From contig NZ_NVQC01000022.1 of NCBI RefSeq assembly GCF_003044035.1, positions 342,092 to 374,091 of the forward strand: DNA of 32,000 bases, given 5' to 3'. Position 1 is the first letter of the stretch. Each line of letters starts with the position of its first letter. The notes under the pieces were generated by a model, which was given only the letters and a program-made list of their open reading frames with translations, ran no database searches and was not told the DNA's origin. Positions 15,847-22,480 of the stretch are shown here, in pieces. The stretch comes from Candidatus Methylomirabilis limnetica. Its GTDB lineage: Bacteria; Methylomirabilota; Methylomirabilia; Methylomirabilales; Methylomirabilaceae. The position numbers were made by a program, and so were the translations under genes.

Positions 15847-16746
15847 TTACTGCAGGTGATTTCTTCGAGCTCTCACCATCCAAGCCATCGCACCCAGGAA
15901 CGCCGCTCCCAACACCATCATTCCCCAGTTACCGACCGTCGGGACCACCGGAATCGTCGTCGTGGTGGTCGTCGTGGTCGTCGTGGTCGTCGTGGTGGTG
16001 GTTACCGTAACGCTGGTGGTATCAGAATCGCCTGTGGCGTTATCAACAAGGCTGCCAGCTGCGACGTCGAAGCCCGCGCCGCCGCCGGATACGTTCAGCG
16101 TCCCTGCGGTGTTCGGGGTGATGAACGAATTCCCATTATAGACAAAGAGGATGCCCTGGTTCAGACTCAAGCTGATCCCGTCGACAGGCTGTGCGGCAGC
16201 ATCAGCAATCGAACACGTGGCGGTTCCCCCAAACCCATACACGCTGTCGCCACAATTCACGTTGTTCGTGATGCTGGCGACAGGGGCGAGCGCGCTGATC
16301 AGTGTCAGGCCGGCATCACCGAATCCAGCCACCGTGGTGGCGCCAGAGGCCCATGACCCGGCACCAGTGGCAGAGAAGGTCACGGCGGGCGTGCAGGCGG
16401 CCAGCGACAGGGTCCCGGTCCGCTTCCCCTGAGCCAGAGCGGTAAGAGGGGTCGCCGGTACCTTGGCAATCAGGGTAGTCCCGCTGCTGACGGTTTGAAC
16501 CACCGTCGCCGCAGAATTGAAGGCGATAGACATTGAGACGTTGGTCAGACGGTCATGATCGGTCCCAGCCGGCTGTGCATCCGAACAGAGGTACTGATAG
16601 ACGGTTCCATCGCTGGCAATGTCGATGCGCTGCTGCACCCGTGCATCGACACTCATCGGGGCGATAACCGTTCCCGCAAGGATCGCGGGGGCCAGCAGAG
16701 ACAGAGCCAACTTCTTGCTGAAAGCAACTCTTGCTCTAGAACTCAT
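15847..16746 (-). CDS. Secreted protein with Thr16 linker and IPTL-CTERM-like exosortase sorting signal
   Basis: AAGGAGGAG SD upstream of ATG 16746. Signal peptide MSSRARVAFSKKLALSLLAPAILAGTVIAPMSVDA. C-terminus ...TVTTTTTTTTTTTTTTTTIPVVPTVGNWGMMVLGAAFLGAMAWMVRARRNHLQ, i.e. motif, TM helix and basic cluster. Confidence 0.8.
   Translation of the reverse strand: MSSRARVAFSKKLALSLLAPAILAGTVIAPMSVDARVQQRIDIASDGTVYQYLCSDAQPAGTDHDRLTNVSMSIAFNSAATVVQTVSSGTTLIAKVPATPLTALAQGKRTGTLSLAACTPAVTFSATGAGSWASGATTVAGFGDAGLTLISALAPVASITNNVNCGDSVYGFGGTATCSIADAAAQPVDGISLSLNQGILFVYNGNSFITPNTAGTLNVSGGGAGFDVAAGSLVDNATGDSDTTSVTVTTTTTTTTTTTTTTTTIPVVPTVGNWGMMVLGAAFLGAMAWMVRARRNHLQ
15955..16002 (-). repeat. Homopolymeric Thr tract (16 consecutive ACG/ACC codons)
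   Basis: The plus strand reads cgtcgtcgtggtggtcgtcgtggtcgtcgtggtcgtcgtggtggtggt. In frame, immediately before the IPVVPTVGNWG sorting motif. Confidence 0.9.
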
Positions 16747-17030
16747 CCTTGCTCCTCCTTGCCCCCAACCTACAGGGCATAGCCTTCAACGTTGAGTACC
16801 ACTAAGACCACGAACCTAACATATAATCGAATGCATCATCAAGCGGCGCAGAAGCTGTACCGAAATTCTCCGATCTCTCGCCTCCCTTCGCCCCCAACAC
16901 ATGGAGTACTATTGCCGTGCAACGCAAGTAGATCAATCCTGGAGCCTAAACCCGCTGCCTTGATACCATGCCTCCTTTTCGCCTGTCAAGTTTTTTATTT
17001 CTCTGCGAAAGCTCTGGTATTCTGTCAGGG

Positions 17031-17197
17031 ATGAACTACCCCGCAGCAAGCTGCGAGGTATCGTCTTATGTTCTGGCCCGTCATTCCGTGCTTGACACGC
17101 CTGCCCCGTACTTGATACGGGGGAATCCAGTCGGGCCCTCTGGATACCGGCTTCCGCCGGTATGACGAACTCGCGGCAAGCCGCGGGGTATCAACCC
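17031..17197. mobile_element. MITE-like repeat (…ACCCCGCAGCAAGCTGCGAGG… family)
   Basis: Imperfect terminal inverted repeats (gaactaccccgcagc / gccgcggggtatcaa). An inverted, slightly longer copy lies at 24871-25067, with about 85% identity over the shared parts. Confidence 0.55.
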
Positions 17198-17370
17198 TCA
17201 ACGAAAATGAATAGCCAAGCCGACCGAGAAGCCTGCCGATACGGAGGGGATCCGAGTCTCACGGGAAACCGTGCGCCGACTCCTCCGGGCCGAGAGGCTC
17301 GCGTCCCCGAACACGCCCCGCGCGCCCTGACATTTTCATGGATAGACTTCGTAATCGCTCGATTCCTCCC

Positions 17371-17447
17371 GTCATTGCGAGTACCCGTAGGGTGCGTGGC
17401 AATCTCAGCACAGGAATGCGAGATTGCTTCACTTCGTTCGCAATGAC
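17371..17447. repeat. Palindromic REP-like element, same family as 3079-3221
   Basis: GTCATTGCGAgtacccgtagggtGCGTGGCAATCtc...GAGATTGCttcacttcgtTCGCAATGAC. Confidence 0.6.
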
Positions 17448-17595
17448 AGCTTTCTATCGCTGTGCTGGGATCTGTCGTTGCCCTTGACCGGGACGCAACG
17501 GCATTTCTATGGTATTATTCCTCCGGCGGCACACAGCTCCGTGAACCGGTTGAACACGTAAGGTTGGCTGGAATGGTGGAGGCGTTGTCGAGATA

Positions 17596-18501
17596 ATGAT
17601 GCGTCGCGGTGCCATTATCGTCATCCTCTTGGGTGCGATCATCGCCTTTGCGTTCTCGCGGGCGGTCGACGCGGCCACTAATGCTGAGCTTGTTCCAGGA
17701 TCGAGGATCGTCTTCCCCTACTATGACCTGCGACCTGGATTCGCGACCTTCCTGTTCCTGACCAACATCAGCTCAGCCCCCGTATCTGTGGCCTTGGAGC
17801 TTTACGATACGTCGGGCGCCCGCCAGGGCACCAACATAGACCTTTCAGCGCGCGACATCGATTCGCTCGACCTGTCCGAGATGATCTCCGGTAACGCATC
17901 CGATGGCTTTTTGCAGGGCTTCGTCGATGTCACCACGAGCGCGGACGTCCTGATAGGCACAGCGGTTGTCGTCAATATGGATGACGACTGGGCGATCACG
18001 TATAATGGGGCGTCGGCTCGCCGGCAAACGGCCGGCACGACACCCTTCGAACCGTACCCGACAGGTCTCTTGTTACCCGCGTTCCTGACCCCTGGACAAC
18101 TTGGCGGTGGTACGCTGGCCGATGGCCTGCTGATCGTCGCCGCACCCCACCCAACCCGTCCCGGCGGCAAGCTACCGGATAAACCTATTCGGGCTTCGGC
18201 CGAGATCTTTCTGCGGCAGGAGCTCACCGCCGTGAGCAGCGACCAGCAAAGCACTCACGAGATAATCCAAAGCTCTTCCAGATTCAGCGGACGCCACATC
18301 ATCCTGCCGATAGGGACAGTTGTCGGCACCTTCCCCTCTCCGACGTTGGGATGGCTGTCTCTTAGGAATCATGTGGTGGACAAAAATGGCATCCCTTTCG
18401 GGCTGGTTGGTCTGTACATTCAGACATTGATCGGGCCGAGTAGCGCCTCCGGGATGGCCATTCGGCTCTCCGGTGATCCGTCCGCTGACACAACTCAATA
18501 G
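17596..18501 (+). CDS. Secreted protein of unknown function
   Basis: 301-aa ORF with signal peptide MMRRGAIIVILLGAIIAFAFSRAVDA|ATNAE. No recognisable domain. Confidence 0.65.
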   Translation: MMRRGAIIVILLGAIIAFAFSRAVDAATNAELVPGSRIVFPYYDLRPGFATFLFLTNISSAPVSVALELYDTSGARQGTNIDLSARDIDSLDLSEMISGNASDGFLQGFVDVTTSADVLIGTAVVVNMDDDWAITYNGASARRQTAGTTPFEPYPTGLLLPAFLTPGQLGGGTLADGLLIVAAPHPTRPGGKLPDKPIRASAEIFLRQELTAVSSDQQSTHEIIQSSSRFSGRHIILPIGTVVGTFPSPTLGWLSLRNHVVDKNGIPFGLVGLYIQTLIGPSSASGMAIRLSGDPSADTTQ

Positions 18502-18555
18502 CAGCGTGCGCAACGATACGCCTAATCCCATACACCCCTGCGGCGTCAGGTCTCT

Positions 18556-19683
18556 ATGAAGATCTGCCTCGTCGGCCCCTTCCCCCCTTTACGAGGGGGG
18601 ATCGCCCATTATAACGCCCAGCTCGGGCTGGAGCTGATGACGCGTCACGAGATCGCGGTGATCTCCTTTTCGCGCCAGTATCCGGCCATACTGTTTCCTG
18701 GGCGAACGCAGTTCGACACGGGCTCCCCGCCTGTGGGGCTCACTAGTGAAGCGATCCTCGACTCAATTAATCCTCTGAGCTGGCTCCGTACCGGCCGCCG
18801 GATCGCTGAGATCGCTCCCGACTTGGTTATTGTTCACTGGTGGCACCCTTTCTTCGGCCTGTGCCTCGGGACGACAGTGAGCCTGGCCAGAAGGCGATCT
18901 CGCGCCAGCGTCATCTTCATCTGCCACAATGTTGTTCCGCACGAACCGTTTCCCTTGGCGAGCGGACTGACAAGGTTCGCGCTGGCCTCAGGCGATGCGT
19001 GGCTCGTCCACTCCGAGACCGACCGACAAGATCTGGAGTCGCTCAATCTGCGAGGCCACACACTTCTGGTCCCTCAACCTCCGGGGCAAGGGTTCGGAGC
19101 ACCGATCGACAAAGAGGAGGCGAAGAGTCGTCTCGGCCTTTCCGGAAATACCCTTCTCTTCTTCGGCCTGATCCGTAGCTACAAGGGGCTTCCAGGATTG
19201 CTCGAGGCGATGCCCCTCGTGCTCCAAAAGGTGAACTGTACCCTCCTCGTGGTCGGAGAGTTCTACGAGGGGAAGGACCGCTGCCTGAGCCTCATCAGCG
19301 ACTTGGGCCTCGCGTCGCACGTCCGGGTCATCGATCGCTTCGTTCCGGACAACGAGGTCAGCCTCTACTTTTCCGCAGCCGACCTGGTCGTGCTCCCCTA
19401 CGAATCGGCCACACAGAGCGCCATCGTCCCGATCGCCTTTGCCTTCGAGCGGCCCGTGGTGGCCACTCGCGTGGGCGGGCTGCCGGAGGCGGTCCGTGAC
19501 GGCGAAACCGGCCTTCTGGTAGAGCCGCGCAACCCAACCGCGTTGGCGGAGGCGATCATCCGCTTCTACGAGGAAGACATGGGGGGCATATTTCGCCGGC
19601 ATATCCTGAAGCAGCAGCGCTTTTCCTGGGGCGAACTGGCCGCCACGCTGGAGACTGCGGCGATCAGCCGTACTTCGCAGTGA
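18556..19683 (+). CDS. GT4 (group 1) glycosyltransferase
   Basis: MKICLVGPFPPLRGGIAHYN at the N-terminus. C-terminal GT-B block PYESATQSAIVPIAFAFERPVVATRVGGLPEAVRDGETGLLVEP. Confidence 0.85.
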   Translation: MKICLVGPFPPLRGGIAHYNAQLGLELMTRHEIAVISFSRQYPAILFPGRTQFDTGSPPVGLTSEAILDSINPLSWLRTGRRIAEIAPDLVIVHWWHPFFGLCLGTTVSLARRRSRASVIFICHNVVPHEPFPLASGLTRFALASGDAWLVHSETDRQDLESLNLRGHTLLVPQPPGQGFGAPIDKEEAKSRLGLSGNTLLFFGLIRSYKGLPGLLEAMPLVLQKVNCTLLVVGEFYEGKDRCLSLISDLGLASHVRVIDRFVPDNEVSLYFSAADLVVLPYESATQSAIVPIAFAFERPVVATRVGGLPEAVRDGETGLLVEPRNPTALAEAIIRFYEEDMGGIFRRHILKQQRFSWGELAATLETAAISRTSQ

Positions 19684-19702
19684 GGCGTGTGAGCCAGTCG
19701 CA

Positions 19703-19719
19703 GGGAACGTCCCGTTTTT
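19703..19719 (+). terminator. Weak candidate terminator after the GT4 gene
   Basis: GGGA-acg-TCCC stem followed by GTTTTT. The stem is only 4 bp. Confidence 0.3.
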
Positions 19720-19770
19720 CACGCCCTATATCCAGTCGTGCGACCCCTTGCGGCGTACACAAGAAACATG

Positions 19771-19800
19771 TTGACGTCATGCCCGTACAGTGAATAGTAT
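19771..19800 (+). promoter_or_regulatory. Candidate sigma70 promoter for HExxH lipoprotein copy 1
   Basis: TTGACG (19771-19776), an 18-nt spacer, then TAGTAT (19795-19800). Confidence 0.4.
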
Positions 19801-19893
19801 GCAAGGCATCTGCGCGTAAACGGCACGTTCTGAAAAGGAGCGGTCATCATATTTGCCGCGAGGAAGTCACGACGGCTGGTCGCTTTTTCCCTG

Positions 19894-20343
19894 TTGCTGC
19901 TACCCATTCTGCTCCAGGGCTGCCTGGGCGGCACCGGGTACCGGGCCTACCCGCGCGCTCGAACCAGTGTCTATACTGACATCTGGAACTTCAGTGACCA
20001 TGAGATTGCCGCTGACCAGGTGGACGTACTCTATCGTCGAGTCGCCCGTCTGATGGCGATCACTCCGAATAATTCCACACCCAGGCCACAGGTGCTGGTG
20101 GTGTCCCCTGCCTACATTCAGGAGAAGTATCTCACTATTCACCCCTTAGCCGCAGCACGGAATGGTACCGCGCTCGCCGTCTACATTCCTCATCAGAACC
20201 AGATCCTGATCCCGGATTTTGACCGCACGCTGCTGACCCATGAGCTGGCTCACTATTTTACCTTCCACTACCTCTCGATCCCCCGATCCGGCTGGGAAGC
20301 GATCGCCGATCAGGTCGTGGATGCTGAAGAGGCGGGAGGCTGA
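19894..20343 (+). CDS. Small HExxH lipoprotein, paralog 1 (5' end probably extends to 19846/19849)
   Basis: The ORF track starts at TTG 19894, which has no SD. The frame is open upstream, and GAAAAGGAGCGG (19831-19842) is followed by ATC ATA (19846-19851). Starting there gives (I)FAARKSRRLVAFSLLLLPILLQGC, a complete lipoprotein signal with lipobox LLQGC. C-terminal THELAHYFTFHY...GWEAIAD motif. Confidence 0.65.
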   Translation: MLLPILLQGCLGGTGYRAYPRARTSVYTDIWNFSDHEIAADQVDVLYRRVARLMAITPNNSTPRPQVLVVSPAYIQEKYLTIHPLAAARNGTALAVYIPHQNQILIPDFDRTLLTHELAHYFTFHYLSIPRSGWEAIADQVVDAEEAGG

Positions 20344-20375
20344 CGGCTGGGCCACCCTTGCCGGCCCAGGATCTG

Positions 20376-20786
20376 CTACGGCGTATAAACAGGAAGCCTG
20401 ACATGGCGGGCCAGCAGATCAAAGTGGTTATCACAGTGAAGAAGACTGCATGAGTAGTGTAAAGCAACAGCAGCGATGAGCTGATCCGTCGCCGGAATGG
20501 ACAAACCCTTACGTCGCAGGGTGTAAGTCATCCGATAGGCCGATCTCCAGACCGATTCCGTAATCGGACATTGCTGGAGCGCCTCCAGGTCTTCGCAGAG
20601 TTCGCGATACTCGCTCTCCGAGCGCGTGCCGCCGACAAGCTCCAGGACGACCATTTCGCACGTGGCCGCGCGCCCCTCACTGAGCAACGCGTGGACTTGT
20701 TGTCTGACAAGAGGATCGCCTGCCGGCCTCAACGCGTGGATCCAAGCCGAGGTATCGATCAGGACCCATCCATCAGCCATCGGCAC
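20376..20786 (-). CDS. vapC: PIN-domain toxin VapC
   Basis: VLIDTSAWIHAL, VVLELVGG, ATDQLIAAVAL and HCDNHFD supply the four acidic PIN positions. Overlaps the antitoxin by 14 nt. Confidence 0.85.
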   Translation of the reverse strand: MPMADGWVLIDTSAWIHALRPAGDPLVRQQVHALLSEGRAATCEMVVLELVGGTRSESEYRELCEDLEALQQCPITESVWRSAYRMTYTLRRKGLSIPATDQLIAAVALHYSCSLLHCDNHFDLLARHVRLPVYTP

Positions 20787-20976
20787 GAAGCCTGGTCAGC
20801 CCTTTTGGGGTGAGCTGAAGAGGGAAACATCCCAGCCTTCCAATCAGACGCTTGACCCGCTGCTGGCGAATAAGCGCCTCCAGAGAGCGATGGATGAGTT
20901 CCTTCTTCGTCTTGGCCTTGCTGAGCGCCTGGGCCTGCTTCATGAGCCTCTCATCAATCTCCAATGTGGTTCTCAT
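20773..20976 (-). CDS. vapB: VapB-type antitoxin (short DUF2191-like)
   Basis: MRTTLEIDERLMKQAQALSKAKTKKELIHRSLEALI... The internal ATG at 20976 has the SD AAAGGAGGA 6 nt upstream, whereas the ORF-track start at 21027 lies inside the promoter. Confidence 0.8.
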   Translation of the reverse strand: MRTTLEIDERLMKQAQALSKAKTKKELIHRSLEALIRQQRVKRLIGRLGCFPLQLTPKGLTRLRADG

Positions 20977-20992
20977 TGAGGGTCCTCCTTTA

Positions 20993-21027
20993 GGCATAAA
21001 AATAGCATAATTTTTATGCCACGACAA
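20993..21027 (-). promoter_or_regulatory. vapBC promoter with palindromic operator
   Basis: Minus strand reads TTGTCG (21027-21022), 17 nt, then TATTTT (21004-20999). An 11-bp perfect inverted repeat, GGCATAAAAAT (20993-21003) and ATTTTTATGCC (21010-21020), overlaps the -10. Confidence 0.5.
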
Positions 21028-21082
21028 GGCCTTGGAGTTCTTTTGAGCTTCAGCGATACGGTACCAGACAGGCCAGAAAGAA

Positions 21083-21424
21083 AGGGAACCTCAGCGCGCC
21101 CCTCTGATCGTGGATACGCGGAACACCTCAAAAGGGGCTCCCTTCCGATCACGTCGTAAAGGCGTAACGGGAGCGCAGACGACGGGTAATTTGTTCGCCC
21201 GAGCGATGTAGTTCCTTCCCGTACGTCGGCGCATCAGCCGATCCCTCACCCCTCTTCAGTCCAGCCTTCTTCTCACAACTCGTTGATACGACAGCGTCCG
21301 CGACTATCCCCAGTCGGACGACTAGCCCTCCGATATCCCTGGTACAGCACTTGCGTAGCCTTCCACCGACGCCCCTCAGCAGCGCCGACACCTCGTGGTG
21401 CCTCGGTGACACTTTTTTTCACCG
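21083..21424. repeat. Conserved non-coding module X, copy A
   Basis: About 85-90% nucleotide identity to 28360-28690 and, for its 3' two thirds, to 26812-27030. Stop codons occur in all three plus-strand frames. The minus-strand ORFs are not frame-conserved between copies. Confidence 0.7.
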
Positions 21425-21557
21425 GAAAGCTGCCCCTCTGTCCTTGATGAGGCGTTGGACAAGTCAGTCAGGCTCCAGCGTCCTGCAGTTGTTTGCTAAC
21501 GTTTTGAAATTGCTGGGCATAATAATGAGTTCGCCAAATGTGTCTTCGAGTACTTGC

Positions 21558-21573
21558 TGGCATGAATCTCGCA
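21558..21573 (+). promoter_or_regulatory. Candidate sigma54 (RpoN) -24/-12 promoter
   Basis: TGGCATGAATCTCGCA compared with the consensus TGGCACGrNNNTTGCW. The GG (21559-60) and GC (21571-72) are at exact consensus spacing. It is identical in the second copy (28927-28942). The predicted start at about 21584 is 11 nt before riboswitch P1. Confidence 0.55.
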
Positions 21574-21594
21574 TTATGTCAGTGGCGTAGAAGG

Positions 21595-21688
21595 TTCCTT
21601 TCCGATAAAGGTAAACCAGTCGTGAGGCTGGGACACAAAGTCGCGGGTCCCAAAAGGGTTGGGACAGCCGGGCTGCCGAAGAAAGGAA
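21595..21688 (+). promoter_or_regulatory. c-di-GMP-I (GEMM-I) riboswitch aptamer
   Basis: P1 is UUCCUUUC (21595-21602) paired with GAAAGGAA (21681-21688). Core: AAAGGUAAACC-AGUC-GUGA-GGCU-GGGACACAAAGUC...GUCCC-aaaaggguu-GGGAC-AGCCGGGCUGCCGAAG. This aligns motif for motif with the Vc2-type consensus GGCAAACC..GNRA..GGGACGCAAAGCC...AGCGGGGUUACCGA. Confidence 0.8.
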
Positions 21689-21741
21689 GAGCGACAATCG
21701 CTCTTTCACGGAAAGTAATCTTCCTGAAAGGAGCGATTGTC

Positions 21742-22239
21742 ATGTTTTCAGCCAAGTCTAAATACTGCCTCGCTGTTCTTCCACTGCTTCTGCTCCCCCT
21801 TCTCCTCCTTCAGGGATGCCTCGGTGGCGTTCAGTATCTCGCCAACCCAGGCCTCCAAACCGGGCTTCACACCGACATCCTCAACTTCAGCGACAGCGAG
21901 ATCGCCCCGGACGCGGTGGACGCACTGTATCTCAAGGTTGCCCGCCTCATGGGCGTCACCCCAGATAGCTCCAAGCCCCGTCCACAGGTGCTCGTCGTTT
22001 CTCCTAACCACATTCATCAAAAGTATCTGATGCTTCGGCCTTCCGCCAAGACACAGAACGGGGTCGCGGTGGCCCTCTATGTCCCCCACGAGAACAGAAT
22101 CCTGATCCCGCATTTTGATCGCGCCCTTTTGACCCATGAGCTGGCTCACTATTTCACGTTCCACTATCTCTCTGCTCCCCGATCTCAGTGGGAAGCAATC
22201 GCGGATAGGGTCGTGGATGCTGAAGAGGCTGGGCATTGA
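21742..22239 (+). CDS. Small HExxH lipoprotein, paralog 2 (intact, riboswitch-controlled)
   Basis: AAAGGAGCG SD, then ATG 21742. MFSAKSKYCLAVLPLLLLPLLLLQGC with a lipobox. C-terminal LLTHELAHYFTFHYLSAPRSQWEAIADRVVDAEEAGH. The ORF-track start at 21538 only translates the riboswitch leader. Confidence 0.75.
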   Translation: MFSAKSKYCLAVLPLLLLPLLLLQGCLGGVQYLANPGLQTGLHTDILNFSDSEIAPDAVDALYLKVARLMGVTPDSSKPRPQVLVVSPNHIHQKYLMLRPSAKTQNGVAVALYVPHENRILIPHFDRALLTHELAHYFTFHYLSAPRSQWEAIADRVVDAEEAGH

Positions 22240-22480
22240 TGCAAGCCACTGAAAATCTCTGCAGGGTGGAATAATGGTGGGAGGGTGGCGGAAGACCAGG
22301 TGGGAGGCTTTCGAATCAATGATAAGATGCGGGGTTCAGGCGTTCATGCCTAACTTGTGGTGATCGAAGCTCCTGTGGGGTATACACTCAGGATGTCCAG
22401 GGACACGAGTCGGTCTGACAGGATCTGATCCACCTCAATCCGTCGCTCACGCGGGACTTAGTCGATCTCCCCACACCTCA

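Noticed and set aside
15571-16356. 261-aa plus-strand ORF with an RRGGRRGRRGRRGG run
   Set aside because: Antisense shadow spanning two real minus-strand genes and their terminator. The Arg/Gly run is the complement of the Thr16 tract.
20345-20372. Hairpin CTGGGCC-n9-GGCCCAG between lipoprotein copy 1 and vapC as a terminator
   Set aside because: A 7-bp stem but no U-tract on either strand, so it is not callable as an intrinsic terminator.
21149-21412. Minus-strand small ORFs inside module X (also 26785-27024 and 28378-28668) as a conserved small-protein gene
   Set aside because: Copy C is frame-shifted in the N-terminal third by a 1-nt indel. Start codons are not conserved, substitutions are not biased to synonymous sites, and there is no SD. 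Kept only as a low-probability alternative in the module X finding.
21491-21530. Sigma70 promoter upstream of the riboswitch (TTGAAA / TTGCTA boxes)
   Set aside because: The TTGAAA box is conserved in both copies, but no acceptable -10 lies at 16-18 nt in either. The sigma54-type element downstream fits better.
21464-21741. ORFs across the riboswitch leader: 21464-21709 (-) and 28848-29087 (-), plus the MCLRVLAGMNLALCQWRRRF... extensions of ORFs 21538 and 28907
   Set aside because: Their conservation is explained by the sigma54-like promoter and the GEMM-I aptamer. The real starts (21742, 29111) have SDs and begin signal peptides.
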